Source: Bacteroidota bacterium (GTDB lineage: Bacteria; Bacteroidota; Ignavibacteria; UBA10030). From it: a DNA stretch of 49,730 nt. Made by a program: the position numbers and the translations under genes. The stretch is taken from assembly GCA_035574455.1 (NCBI GenBank), contig DATLYT010000050.1, positions 1-49,730 of the forward strand, given 5' to 3'. The stretch's first letter is position 1. Each line of letters opens with the position of its first letter. The notes under the pieces were generated by a model. It was not told where the DNA came from. It did not search any database and was given only the letters and a program-made list of their open reading frames with translations. Of the stretch, positions 19,751 through 29,211 are shown one piece after another.

Positions 19751-22085
19751 CACCATCGTGTTATGGGGCGCGCTCCTCTCTACCAGTCTTTTCGCTCAGA
19801 CCAGGCCGGAAGTGTACCGGATCCTCGGGATTTCTGTTGAGGGCCAATCCTCAGCCGACCCCAACGCTCTTATTGCAAACACCGGGTTGAAGGTGGGTGA
19901 TGAAATCACCGTCCCCGGTCAACAAACGCGTACTGCCATCGAACGCCTGTACGGGTTACGGCTGTTTGAAGATATCCAGATCTTTATCGAAAACCGAACG
20001 CCCGAGGGTGTCTACCTTCTCATTCGTGTAAAAGAGAACCCACGTCTCGAACGGGTTGAGGTCGAAGGCAATGACGAGCTCAGCACGGAAGATATCCTGA
20101 AGAAAGTGAATCTCGTCAAAGGTCAGCTGGTGACGAAGCAAGACGTTTCTGCCCTCGTACGCCAGCTCAAAGCCAAGTACGAAGAGGACGGCTACCTCAA
20201 TGCGGTCATTGTGCCGCAAACCTTGCCCGTTGATGAGAAAACGCCAAACAGGGTTATTCTCAAGCTCTCCATCGATGAGGGCCCGAAAGTGAAAGTGGAC
20301 CGCATCCGCTTCTTCGGTAACACGGCCTTCGATGACGATGATTTGAAGGATGAAATGAAGGAGACGAGCGAGAGCGCATGGTGGAAATTTTGGACCAGTA
20401 ATAAGCTGGACAGGAAAAAATACGAGGAGGACAAAAAGCTCATCCTGAAGTTTTACCGGAAGAACGGCTATCGGGATGCGGAAATTGTGGCGGACTCGAT
20501 TCGGTACAGTGAGGATCGACGGTACCTGACGATCGATATCTACGTCCATGAAGGCCCCCAATATAAAATTCGGAACATTGTCTGGGAAGGAAACACGGTC
20601 TACCCGGATGAGGTGTTAACGGCTCGGCTTGGGTTTCAAAAGGGCGATGTGTACGATGGTGAGAAGTTCGAGCAGAACCTTTATCGAAACGAAAACGAAA
20701 ACGATGTCTCCTCGCTCTACATGAACAATGGGTACCTCTTTTTCCAGGTTGAGCCGGAGGAAGTGCGTGTTGGGGAGGACAGTCTCGATATCACCCTCCA
20801 TGTGCGCGAGCGCAATAAGTTCAAGATTGGTGAGGTGAGGATAACCGGCAACACGAAGACATACGAAAAAGTCATCCGGCGCGAGCTCTACACCCGGCCG
20901 GGGGATGATTTCAGCCGAGAGCTGGTCATTCGAAGCGCACGGCAGTTGGCACAGCTAAACTACTTCAATCCCGAGAAGATCAAACCGGATATTAGACCCG
21001 TCGATGACAAGACCGTCGACCTCGAATACTCGGTGGAGGAAAAATCGAGTGATACCTTTAACCTCTCGGTCGGGTACAGCGGCCTCTTTGGGTTCAACGG
21101 CGCGGTGGGACTCACGTTCAACAACTTCTCTCTTTCCGAGCCACTGCGGGGCGGTGCCGGACAGGTCTTAACCTTCGATTGGCAGTTTGGTGAGGGCAAT
21201 CGTTTCCGCACCTTCTCGATCGGCTTCCAGGAGCCGTGGCTCTACGACACGCCGACGCTCTTCGGTGTCAGCCTATTCGACACGCGGCAAATCTATTTTT
21301 ATGACCTTCGACTCACGGGTGCTTCGGTTCGCTTCGGTCGTCGGTTCCGTTGGCCGGATGATTTCTTCCGCGGTGATTGGACGTTCCGCTTCCAGCGCAA
21401 CGATGTCAACTTTGGCGGCGGTTTCTACCCGGAGGGGATCACCACGCAGTACAGCATCGCCCAGGTGATTTCGCGCAATAGCACCGACAGCCCGATCTTC
21501 CCCACGCAGGGTTCGAACTTCTCGCTCCTGACCGAAATCAACGGCGGCCCGTTCTTACCCGGCAACGCGCGTTACCACAAACATGTTTTTTCGGCAGATT
21601 GGTATGTGCCCGTGTTTGGCATCTCTCGCATCGCCCTGGCAGCGTCGAGTACGGTCGGGTTCATCTTTGAATTTGAAGACAATGCACGGATTCCACCGCA
21701 AGAGTTCTTTTACATGGGCGGCACGGGACTCGGTCAATTTCAGACCATCCCGCTGCGTGGGTATGAAGATCGCAGCATCGGTCCGCAAAACGGCAGACAG
21801 GGCGGTATGGCAATGATCAAACATTCGTTGGAGTTGCGGTTTGCGCTGACGATTAACCCCGTACCCGTCTACACCTTACTCTTTGCAGAAGCGGGGAACG
21901 TTTGGCTCAACCATTCGATTCAGAATCCGCTCGACCTACGCCGATCGGCGGGCATCGGCGTTCGATTGCTGATCAACCCCATCGGACTGGTAGGATTCGA
22001 TTACGGTTATGGCTTCGACCCGCCCTTGCCGGGACGCGCGGCACCGGGGTGGCAGTTCCATTTCCAATTCGGCCGTGGTTTCTAA
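19734..22085 (+). CDS. bamA: Outer membrane protein assembly factor BamA (Omp85)
   Basis: Signal peptide, repeated POTRA-like modules, and a C-terminal beta-barrel ending in an aromatic residue (GWQFHFQFGRGF). GTG start overlapping the uppS end by 17 nt. Confidence 0.9.
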   Translation: MRRSFSTIVLWGALLSTSLFAQTRPEVYRILGISVEGQSSADPNALIANTGLKVGDEITVPGQQTRTAIERLYGLRLFEDIQIFIENRTPEGVYLLIRVKENPRLERVEVEGNDELSTEDILKKVNLVKGQLVTKQDVSALVRQLKAKYEEDGYLNAVIVPQTLPVDEKTPNRVILKLSIDEGPKVKVDRIRFFGNTAFDDDDLKDEMKETSESAWWKFWTSNKLDRKKYEEDKKLILKFYRKNGYRDAEIVADSIRYSEDRRYLTIDIYVHEGPQYKIRNIVWEGNTVYPDEVLTARLGFQKGDVYDGEKFEQNLYRNENENDVSSLYMNNGYLFFQVEPEEVRVGEDSLDITLHVRERNKFKIGEVRITGNTKTYEKVIRRELYTRPGDDFSRELVIRSARQLAQLNYFNPEKIKPDIRPVDDKTVDLEYSVEEKSSDTFNLSVGYSGLFGFNGAVGLTFNNFSLSEPLRGGAGQVLTFDWQFGEGNRFRTFSIGFQEPWLYDTPTLFGVSLFDTRQIYFYDLRLTGASVRFGRRFRWPDDFFRGDWTFRFQRNDVNFGGGFYPEGITTQYSIAQVISRNSTDSPIFPTQGSNFSLLTEINGGPFLPGNARYHKHVFSADWYVPVFGISRIALAASSTVGFIFEFEDNARIPPQEFFYMGGTGLGQFQTIPLRGYEDRSIGPQNGRQGGMAMIKHSLELRFALTINPVPVYTLLFAEAGNVWLNHSIQNPLDLRRSAGIGVRLLINPIGLVGFDYGYGFDPPLPGRAAPGWQFHFQFGRGF

Positions 22086-22146
22086 TTCGCGTGCTTAACC
22101 AGAGTGAACATCGTTCATTTCATTCATCTACTATCAAGAGGGTACC

Positions 22147-22698
22147 GTGAACAACTATCTCAAATTCATTGGTGTGATGCTGTTCGTTGTGTTGGTGAGC
22201 TCAGCGGCACAGGCTCAGGCGAGAATCGGCTACGTTGATTCCGAGGTGATTCTGCGCGAATTGCCGGAAGCGCAAAAGGCACAGAAAGACCTGGAAGCAA
22301 AAGTGAAGAGCTGGCAGGAGGAGTTACAGAAAATGTCCGATGCGTTCCAAAAGGAAGCGGAGGACTACCAGAAAAAACAGGCCATGATGCAACCCGCCGC
22401 GAAAGAAGCGAAGGAAAAAGAGCTTGCCGAGATGCAGCAGAAGGCGCGAGAGTACTACGCACAAAAGTTAGACCCTCGGCAGGGTGAGGCTGTGACAGAA
22501 CGGGAAAGATTGTTAGCGCCTATCCGCGAGAAAATCCTGAAAGCCATTGAAGCCGTGGCAAAGGAGGAGAACGTCAATTTCGTGTTCGACAAGGCGAACG
22601 ATGCGATGCTGCTGTATGCCGATGCCAAGTTCGATCTCACGTATCGCGTGTTAGACCGATTGAAGCGCGGCGCATCGACGCCGGCGAGGAGTCGGTAA
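22147..22698 (+). CDS. OmpH/Skp-family periplasmic chaperone (copy 1)
   Basis: Signal peptide. IGYVDSEVILRELPEAQKAQKDLE followed by long coiled-coil arms. Conserved position after bamA. Confidence 0.8.
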   Translation: MNNYLKFIGVMLFVVLVSSAAQAQARIGYVDSEVILRELPEAQKAQKDLEAKVKSWQEELQKMSDAFQKEAEDYQKKQAMMQPAAKEAKEKELAEMQQKAREYYAQKLDPRQGEAVTERERLLAPIREKILKAIEAVAKEENVNFVFDKANDAMLLYADAKFDLTYRVLDRLKRGASTPARSR

Positions 22699-22753
22699 TG
22701 AATTGGAGCGGTCTAAAGCTCAACACTTGTTCTTGGCCGATACGGGAGGGTGT

Positions 22754-23302
22754 ATGAATCGTGTACTGTGGTTTGGCATTGTATGTCTTCTCTTCGCCGT
22801 TGCACCTATCGCAGCCCAGACGGTGAAAATCGGCCATGTGAGCTCGGAAGCCATTCTGAAAGAGCTGCCGGACGCTCAAGATGCACAACGGCAATTAGAC
22901 GCGCTGGTGGTGGAGTGGCAGAATGAACTCCAGAAGATGCAGCAGGAATGGCAGCGCAAGTACGATGAGTATGATAAGCGCAAGCTCATCATGACCGAGC
23001 AGCGGCGCGCAGATGCAGAGAAAGAGCTGCAGGACCTTGACCGCCGGATCGTAGAATTTCGGAATCAGAAGTTCGGTCAGAATGGGGAGCTCTTCAACAA
23101 ACAGAACGAGTTAATGAAGCCGGTACAGGATCGCGTCTTCAAAGCCATCCAGGACGTGGCGGTGGAAGAAGGCTACGACTACATCTTTGACAAAAGCGGC
23201 GAAATCTTGATGATGTACGCGAATGAGAAGCACGATGTCACCGCCAAGGTGCTCGCCAAGCTCCAGCAGCGCGGCAGTTCAACGACCCCACGAAACGACT
23301 AA
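22754..23302 (+). CDS. OmpH/Skp-family periplasmic chaperone (copy 2)
   Basis: Paralogue of the preceding gene (IGHVSSEAILKELPDAQDAQRQLD). The ATG at 22754 follows GGGAGGG and yields a signal peptide. The maximal ORF at 22703 was rejected. Confidence 0.8.
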   Translation: MNRVLWFGIVCLLFAVAPIAAQTVKIGHVSSEAILKELPDAQDAQRQLDALVVEWQNELQKMQQEWQRKYDEYDKRKLIMTEQRRADAEKELQDLDRRIVEFRNQKFGQNGELFNKQNELMKPVQDRVFKAIQDVAVEEGYDYIFDKSGEILMMYANEKHDVTAKVLAKLQQRGSSTTPRND

Positions 23303-23311
23303 GGCCTGCAC

Positions 23312-24361
23312 ATGACCGTCGGGGAAATCGCGTCATGGCTCAACGGGGAAATTGTCGGGGATGAGAACATCGAAATCACCCGCGTCGCACGGATCGAAGA
23401 TGCCGGCGCGGGCGATTTGACCTTTCTCGCCAATCCCAAGTACGAGCGCCACCTCGCGACCACCCGAGCGGCGGCGGTCCTGGTTTCCAAGAAACAGGAT
23501 CTTCGCGCCTACACCGACCATGGTACGGTGACCTTCATTAAAGTGGATGACCCCTATGTGGGGTTTTTGCGCGTTCTGGATCGCCTGACGCCGAAAGTTG
23601 ATCCATTTCCCGAAGGGATTCATCCCACGGCCGTCGTTGCACAATCTGCTCGCGTGGGAAGGAATGTGGTGATCGGCGCTTATACCGTGATTGATGAGGG
23701 GGCTGCGATCGGAGATAATACGAAGATTTCCCACGGCTGTATCATCGGTCGCAATGCGCGAGTCGGATCGGCGTGTCTTCTGTATCCGAGAGTGACCGTG
23801 TATCATCAATGCCGAATCGGGGATCGCGTCACGATCCATTCGGGCACCGTGGTGGGCAGTGATGGATTCGGTTTTGCCCCAAAGCCGGATGGGACGTATG
23901 AGAAGATTCCGCAGCTCGGTATTGTGGTGATCGAAGACGATGTGGAGATTGGGTCCAACTGCTCAATTGACCGCGCGACGATTGGTGAAACGATCATCCA
24001 GCGTGGCGTGAAGATTGACAATCTCGTGCAGATTGGGCATAACTGCACGGTAGGAGAGAACACGGTGATTGCGGCACAAACCGGTCTCGCGGGGAGCACG
24101 AAAATCGGAAAGCATGTGATGATCGGCGGGCAGGTGGGATTCGCCGGCCACATAGAAATCGCAGACAACAGCATCATCATGGCGCAATCGGGCGTGACGA
24201 AGTCGGTGACAAAACCGGGAGGAACCTATTTCGGCTATCCGGCCAAAGAGGTCAAAAAGGCTCACCGCATCGAAGCGGCCCTGCGAAGCTTACCGGAGTT
24301 GATCCAGGAGGTTCGCGAACTTCAACAACGCGTAGCACAATTGTTCGATAAACTCAAATAA
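23312..24361 (+). CDS. lpxD: UDP-3-O-(3-hydroxyacyl)glucosamine N-acyltransferase
   Basis: N-terminal LpxD domain (ITRVARIEDAGAGDLTFLANPKY) followed by left-handed beta-helix hexapeptide repeats. Confidence 0.9.
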   Translation: MTVGEIASWLNGEIVGDENIEITRVARIEDAGAGDLTFLANPKYERHLATTRAAAVLVSKKQDLRAYTDHGTVTFIKVDDPYVGFLRVLDRLTPKVDPFPEGIHPTAVVAQSARVGRNVVIGAYTVIDEGAAIGDNTKISHGCIIGRNARVGSACLLYPRVTVYHQCRIGDRVTIHSGTVVGSDGFGFAPKPDGTYEKIPQLGIVVIEDDVEIGSNCSIDRATIGETIIQRGVKIDNLVQIGHNCTVGENTVIAAQTGLAGSTKIGKHVMIGGQVGFAGHIEIADNSIIMAQSGVTKSVTKPGGTYFGYPAKEVKKAHRIEAALRSLPELIQEVRELQQRVAQLFDKLK

Positions 24362-24393
24362 CACGGAGGCCGCGTTGTCAGCGGCAACTTTCC

Positions 24394-25863
24394 ATGTTGG
24401 CTCAACAACATACTATCAAACGATCGGTCTCGATGCACGGCGTCGGCTTGCACACGGGTGTCACGACGACGATGACGCTGAAGCCTGCACCGGAGAATTA
24501 TGGCATCCGTTTCCGTCGCGTTGACCTTGGCGGCGCTCCAGAAATCCCCGCCGATGTTGACCACGTGATCGATGTCGCACGAGGAACCACGATTGGGATC
24601 GGTGAAGCGCGCGTGCACACCGTCGAGCATGTCCTCGCGGCCATTGTAGGTCTCCAAGTCGATAACATCATCATCGAGCTGGATAATATCGAGCCGCCCA
24701 TCGGCGACGGCAGCGCCAAACCATTCGTCGATCTCATTCTCAAAGCCGAGCTCAAAGAACAAGATGCTCCGAAAGATTATCTGATTATCGACCAGACGAT
24801 CCGGTACCAGAACGAAGAGAAGGGTGTCGATATTGTAGCGCTCCCGACCGACGATTACCGTGTGACGGTCATGATTGACTATCAGAACCCTGCTCTCGGC
24901 AGTCAGCACACCGGCCTGTTCAACCTTGAAAAAGAATTCATTACAGAGTTCGCGTCTGCCCGAACGTTCTGCTTTTTGCATGAAGTCGAGATGCTTCGCG
25001 ATCAGGGTCTCATCAAGGGCGGTAATCTCGATAACGCCATCGTAATCGTTGATCGGGAGATGTCCGATGAAGAGGTGAGGAAGGTGGCGAAGAAATTGGG
25101 CATCGACCATTCCGTCATTCTCGGTACAACGGGAGTCCTGAACGATAAGAAACTCCATTGGCGGAACGAACCAGCGCGCCACAAGCTTTTGGACCTTATC
25201 GGCGACCTCGCGCTCATCGGCGCGCCATTGAAGGCGCAGATTCTCGCCGCCCGGCCGGGTCATGCGAGCAATATTGAGTTTGCGCGTCGTGTCCGGAAAC
25301 TCTACCAGCAGAAAAAGCTCGTCCGCAAGTATCAGCATGAGAAGAAGGAAGGCGTTGTGTTCGACGTCAACGCCATTCAGCGCATCCTCCCGCACCGCTA
25401 TCCATTCCTTCTCGTGGATAAAATTATCGATTTTCAGATTGATGAGCGTGTGGTCGGGGTGAAGAACGTGACCTACAACGAAACGTTCTTTCAGGGACAT
25501 TTTCCCGGCCAGCCGGTCATGCCGGGTGTGCTCATTATCGAAGCGATGGCGCAAACCGGCGGTATCCTGCTGCTCAACGGATCGGAAAATCCGGGCAACA
25601 AGCTCGTCTACTTCATGGCGATCAACAATGTGAAGTTTCGCAAGCCCGTTATGCCCGGGGACCAGCTCGTGTTGGATATCGAAATGGTGAACCGGCGGAC
25701 GAAAGTCATCCAGATCCGCGGGAAAGCCTACGTCGACGGCAATCTGGTCGCGGAGGGCGACTTTACTGCGGCGGTCGTCGACCGGCAGGATGGCATGGCC
25801 TCAACTTCTAACGCTACCGTTCCTCAACTCCAATCCTCCTCCGAGAAGAGCCCGCACGAATAA
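24394..25863 (+). CDS. Bifunctional UDP-3-O-acyl-GlcNAc deacetylase / 3-hydroxyacyl-ACP dehydratase (LpxC-FabZ fusion)
   Basis: N-terminal LpxC (QHTIKRSVSMHGVGLHTG, HTVEHVLAA, HKLLDLIGDL). C-terminal FabZ hot-dog (ILPHRYPFLLVD, FFQGHFPGQPVMPGVLIIEAMAQ). Confidence 0.95.
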   Translation: MLAQQHTIKRSVSMHGVGLHTGVTTTMTLKPAPENYGIRFRRVDLGGAPEIPADVDHVIDVARGTTIGIGEARVHTVEHVLAAIVGLQVDNIIIELDNIEPPIGDGSAKPFVDLILKAELKEQDAPKDYLIIDQTIRYQNEEKGVDIVALPTDDYRVTVMIDYQNPALGSQHTGLFNLEKEFITEFASARTFCFLHEVEMLRDQGLIKGGNLDNAIVIVDREMSDEEVRKVAKKLGIDHSVILGTTGVLNDKKLHWRNEPARHKLLDLIGDLALIGAPLKAQILAARPGHASNIEFARRVRKLYQQKKLVRKYQHEKKEGVVFDVNAIQRILPHRYPFLLVDKIIDFQIDERVVGVKNVTYNETFFQGHFPGQPVMPGVLIIEAMAQTGGILLLNGSENPGNKLVYFMAINNVKFRKPVMPGDQLVLDIEMVNRRTKVIQIRGKAYVDGNLVAEGDFTAAVVDRQDGMASTSNATVPQLQSSSEKSPHE

Positions 25864-25867
25864 GCCC

Positions 25868-26692
25868 ATGAGCGTCCAAATCGATCCGCGCGCGGTCGTC
25901 AGCCCACGAGCACAATTAGGCGATGGCGTTGTCATCAGCCCGTTTGCCGTCGTCGAAGACGATGTTGTTATCGGTGACCGGACGTGGATCGCACCCCATG
26001 CAGTCATCTTTAACGGCGCCCGTATCGGCAAGGAGTGCAAGATTTATCCCGGTGCATCGTTGAGCGCACCGCCTCAAGACTTGAAATACAAGGGCGAAGC
26101 GACGCTGCTGGAAGTTGGCGACCGAACCGTCGTGCGGGAGTACGTTACTCTCAATCGCGGAACGACGGCGAACGGCAAGACCGTCATCGGGAGCGACTGT
26201 TTGTTCATGGCGTACACTCATGTTGCACACGATTGCGTGGTGGGAGATCATGTGATTCTGGCCAACTGCGTTGCCCTTGCCGGGCATGTCACGTTGGAGG
26301 ATTACGTCATCATCGGGGGGTTAACACCCATCCATCAATTTGTCACGGTTGGAGAACATGCCATGGTGGGGGGCGGATTGAGGGTCTCGAAAGATGTGCC
26401 ACCCTACATTCTCGCCGGCCAGGACCCCCTCTGTTTTGAAAAACTCAACCTCGTTGGGCTCCGGCGTCGCGGGTTTTCGGCGCAGGCCATCCATTTGCTC
26501 GATGAAACATATCGCATTCTGTATCGCTCGAACCTTAATGTGAGTCAAGCAGTCGAGCGAATCAAACAGGAGGTGGAAAGGATTCCGGAGGTTCAGAAGG
26601 TCATCGAGTTCATCGGGAAGAGTAAGCGAGGAATTATTCCCGGTCCTGCCCGTAACAAAATGATGGAAGCGACTGAAGATGTGGATGTTTGA
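25868..26692 (+). CDS. lpxA: Acyl-ACP--UDP-GlcNAc O-acyltransferase
   Basis: Hexapeptide-repeat beta-helix followed by a helical C-domain (NLVGLRRRGFS). The ATG at 25868 lies just after the lpxC/fabZ stop. The maximal ORF at 25790 overlaps fabZ and was rejected. Confidence 0.9.
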   Translation: MSVQIDPRAVVSPRAQLGDGVVISPFAVVEDDVVIGDRTWIAPHAVIFNGARIGKECKIYPGASLSAPPQDLKYKGEATLLEVGDRTVVREYVTLNRGTTANGKTVIGSDCLFMAYTHVAHDCVVGDHVILANCVALAGHVTLEDYVIIGGLTPIHQFVTVGEHAMVGGGLRVSKDVPPYILAGQDPLCFEKLNLVGLRRRGFSAQAIHLLDETYRILYRSNLNVSQAVERIKQEVERIPEVQKVIEFIGKSKRGIIPGPARNKMMEATEDVDV

Positions 26693-27449
26693 ACATGACG
26701 GGTTCCATCCCGGTGCGTATAACATGCGCTATGATGAATGGCTGGCGCGCGAAGTTGCAGAAGAGCATCGGCCGTCGACCGTTCGGGTGTTTGGCTGGAA
26801 TCCGCCTGCCATTTCGCTCGGCTGGAACCAACCGGCGGAAGAGATTGATACTCAAGCCGCCGCCCGCGCCGGAATCGATGTCGTGCGTCGGCCGACCGGA
26901 GGCAGAGCGATTCTGCATTCGGAGGAACTGACCTACAGCGTCGTGATGCCGGCTGATGAAAGGAATGTTGCGACGGTTTATCGCGAGATCAGCCATGCGT
27001 TGGTTTGCGGACTTGAAAAGCTCGGAGTTCACGCTTCGCTCGAGCAATCGCAACCCCATTTCCCGTCTCTCTACGCTTCGCATTCCGGCGCGGTTTGCTT
27101 CTCCAGCTCTGCACGTTCCGAAATCAAGGTCAATGGCCGAAAGCTCGTCGGCAGTGCGCAACGGCGCTTCTTTTTTTCAGGCAAGGAGATCGTGCTCCAA
27201 CACGGCTCTATCTTACTTGGACCCGGCCATCGACGTATTGTCAGATTCCTCCAGCTCGACTCGGAGGAGCAACGTCGCTCATTGGCGAAGGAATTAGAGC
27301 AGAAGACAACCGACCTGTATTCCCTGTTAGGGTATCAGCCGGCCTTCGACGAAGTTCCCGAAGCAATTCGCCGGGGGTTCGAAGATGCATGGGGAATTTC
27401 GTTTGAATCAATCCAGACACCCATTCACCAGCAGGTTATCCCACGATGA
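26679..27449 (+). CDS. Lipoate-protein ligase / octanoyltransferase family protein (BPL_LplA_LipB catalytic domain only, LipM/LplA-like)
   Basis: [27 protein letters not shown], and [14 protein letters not shown] with the conserved catalytic Lys context. About 256 aa with no accessory domain. Confidence 0.8.
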   Translation: MWMFEHDGFHPGAYNMRYDEWLAREVAEEHRPSTVRVFGWNPPAISLGWNQPAEEIDTQAAARAGIDVVRRPTGGRAILHSEELTYSVVMPADERNVATVYREISHALVCGLEKLGVHASLEQSQPHFPSLYASHSGAVCFSSSARSEIKVNGRKLVGSAQRRFFFSGKEIVLQHGSILLGPGHRRIVRFLQLDSEEQRRSLAKELEQKTTDLYSLLGYQPAFDEVPEAIRRGFEDAWGISFESIQTPIHQQVIPR

Positions 27450-28270
27450 AAAATTCCACGGCAGGCTCAGGTCCCAAGCGGGTGACGACACGGGTCATCG
27501 CGTCGATGAAAAAAGAGGGGACGAAGATCGCGTGTCTGACGGCGTACGATTATCTGACCGCCCGCCTGCTTGATCAAGCGGGCGTGGACCTGATTCTCGT
27601 CGGCGACTCGCTCGGCATGGTCTTTCAGGGACACGAAACAACGCTCGCGGTGACGCTCGACCAGATGATCTATCATACCCAGGCGGTGATCCGAGGAGTT
27701 GATCGAGCAATGGTTATTGTCGATATGCCGTTCATGAGCTATCAGGCCAATGCCGAGGAGGGATTTCGGAATGCTGGACGCGTGATGAAAGAGACGGGCG
27801 CTGGCGGAGTGAAATTTGAAGGTGGAGAGCAGATTGCGGAGTTGGTGCGTATGACGACGCAGGCCGGTATTCCCGTCATGGGTCATCTTGGTCTTACGCC
27901 ACAATCGATTCACCAGTTTGGGGGTTATCAACCGCGTGGGGCAACGCCGAAGGAAGCAAAACAATTACTGCGTGATGCCAAAGTTCTGGAAGAGGCCGGA
28001 GCGTTTGCCATCGTTCTGGAAAAAATGCCCGCATCGTTGGCGGCGAAGGTGACCAAATCCGTTGGCATTCCAACGATCGGAATTGGCGCGGGCGTTCACT
28101 GTGACGGACAGGTTCTTGTGGTGTCTGACATGCTGGGGATTTATGAGGATTTCCATCCGCGTTTCGTCCGCCGCTACGCGAAAATTGCAGATACGATTCG
28201 CGAGGCAGTGGGTTCGTATGTCCGAGATGTGAAGGCGAAGAAATTTCCCTCCAGAGCTGAGAGCTATTGA
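27446..28270 (+). CDS. panB: 3-methyl-2-oxobutanoate hydroxymethyltransferase
   Basis: CLTAYDY...[40 protein letters not shown] overlaps the upstream stop (ATGA). Confidence 0.95.
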   Translation: MKNSTAGSGPKRVTTRVIASMKKEGTKIACLTAYDYLTARLLDQAGVDLILVGDSLGMVFQGHETTLAVTLDQMIYHTQAVIRGVDRAMVIVDMPFMSYQANAEEGFRNAGRVMKETGAGGVKFEGGEQIAELVRMTTQAGIPVMGHLGLTPQSIHQFGGYQPRGATPKEAKQLLRDAKVLEEAGAFAIVLEKMPASLAAKVTKSVGIPTIGIGAGVHCDGQVLVVSDMLGIYEDFHPRFVRRYAKIADTIREAVGSYVRDVKAKKFPSRAESY

Positions 28271-28294
28271 GATAATGTGTTACTTCTGTGCGGT

Positions 28295-28330
28295 AAGAAA
28301 GCCTCGACACCGTCGAGGCTTTCTTGTTTG
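28295..28330 (+). terminator. Rho-independent terminator ending the uppS...panB operon
   Basis: 14-bp stem aagaaagcctcgac (28295-28308) with gtcgaggctttctt (28312-28325), followed by gtttg. Confidence 0.8.
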
Positions 28331-28370
28331 AACGCTGTTTTTTGGGTATCTTTACAATGCATCATGTGAA

Positions 28371-29168
28371 ATGAAAAAGCGCAGGCTCAATATCCTTGTT
28401 TCGAACGATGATGGCATCGACGCGCCGGGAATTTACGCGCTCGTCCAGCAGCTCAAGAAAATTGGCAAAGTGACAGTCGTCGCACCGGATAAACAACAGA
28501 GCGCTGTCGGCCACGCGATCACGATGAACTACCCGCTGCGTGTGAAAGAGTTTTCCAAGAATGGGAGCTTCTTCGGTTACGCGGTGGAAGGGACTCCTGC
28601 AGATGCCGTCAAACTCGCCGTGCGAGCCCTTCTCAAGACGAAACCCGACATTCTCGTTTCTGGGATCAATCACGGCTCGAATACCGCTATTAGCATCATT
28701 TATTCTGGTACAGTTTCTGCTGCTACGGAAGGGACGATTCTCGGCATTCCGTCCATCGCGTTTTCCCTGACGACGTACGGCCCGGCAGATTTTTCCGTCG
28801 CGGCCGTCTTTGCCCGCAAACTGACGAAGTTGGTAGCCCAGCGAGGATTGCCGCCGGGGACACTTCTTAATGTGAACATCCCTCCCCTGAAAGCAAAAGA
28901 GATTCGCGGGGTCGTCGTTACGAGACAAGGAAAAGCCATTTGGGACGATCGGTTTGAAGTGCGCCGCGACCCCGGCAACAAAGAGTATTACTGGCTCACC
29001 GGTTCGCTCGAAGAAGTCGATAAGGAACTCGACGTGGACCAGTGGGCAGTCAAGAACAAATACATTTCGGTCACGCCGATTCAATATGACTTGACCGATT
29101 ATAGCATGCTCGACACGATGAAGCGGTGGAAGTTGGAAACGTTGCATCCGAGGAAAGCTCGTCGTTAA
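28371..29168 (+). CDS. surE: 5'/3'-nucleotidase SurE
   Basis: N-terminal ILVSNDDGIDAPGI, and GINHGSN, YSGTVSAA motifs. Confidence 0.95.
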   Translation: MKKRRLNILVSNDDGIDAPGIYALVQQLKKIGKVTVVAPDKQQSAVGHAITMNYPLRVKEFSKNGSFFGYAVEGTPADAVKLAVRALLKTKPDILVSGINHGSNTAISIIYSGTVSAATEGTILGIPSIAFSLTTYGPADFSVAAVFARKLTKLVAQRGLPPGTLLNVNIPPLKAKEIRGVVVTRQGKAIWDDRFEVRRDPGNKEYYWLTGSLEEVDKELDVDQWAVKNKYISVTPIQYDLTDYSMLDTMKRWKLETLHPRKARR

Positions 29169-29211
29169 AGTACCATCACGTTATCCATGAACAAGGAACT
29201 CGAGACGTACT

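Noticed and set aside
24322-25554. A 410-aa open reading frame antisense to lpxC-fabZ.
   Set aside because: The sense strand has unambiguous full-length LpxC and FabZ motifs. The antisense product is low-complexity (R/D/L/H-rich), has no RBS or recognisable motif, and is the usual shadow frame of a GC3-biased gene.
28362-29147. Other long antisense ORFs: 28362-29147 (opposite surE), 36433-37263 (opposite acnA), 45117-45776 (opposite the PP2C gene), 35036-35728 (opposite the C39-like gene) and 19271-19756 (opposite uppS).
   Set aside because: All lie exactly opposite confidently identified genes in the stop-poor antisense frame, with no independent coding evidence. For 35036-35728 the sense gene is less certain, but it has the catalytic motifs, an ATG and a promoter candidate.
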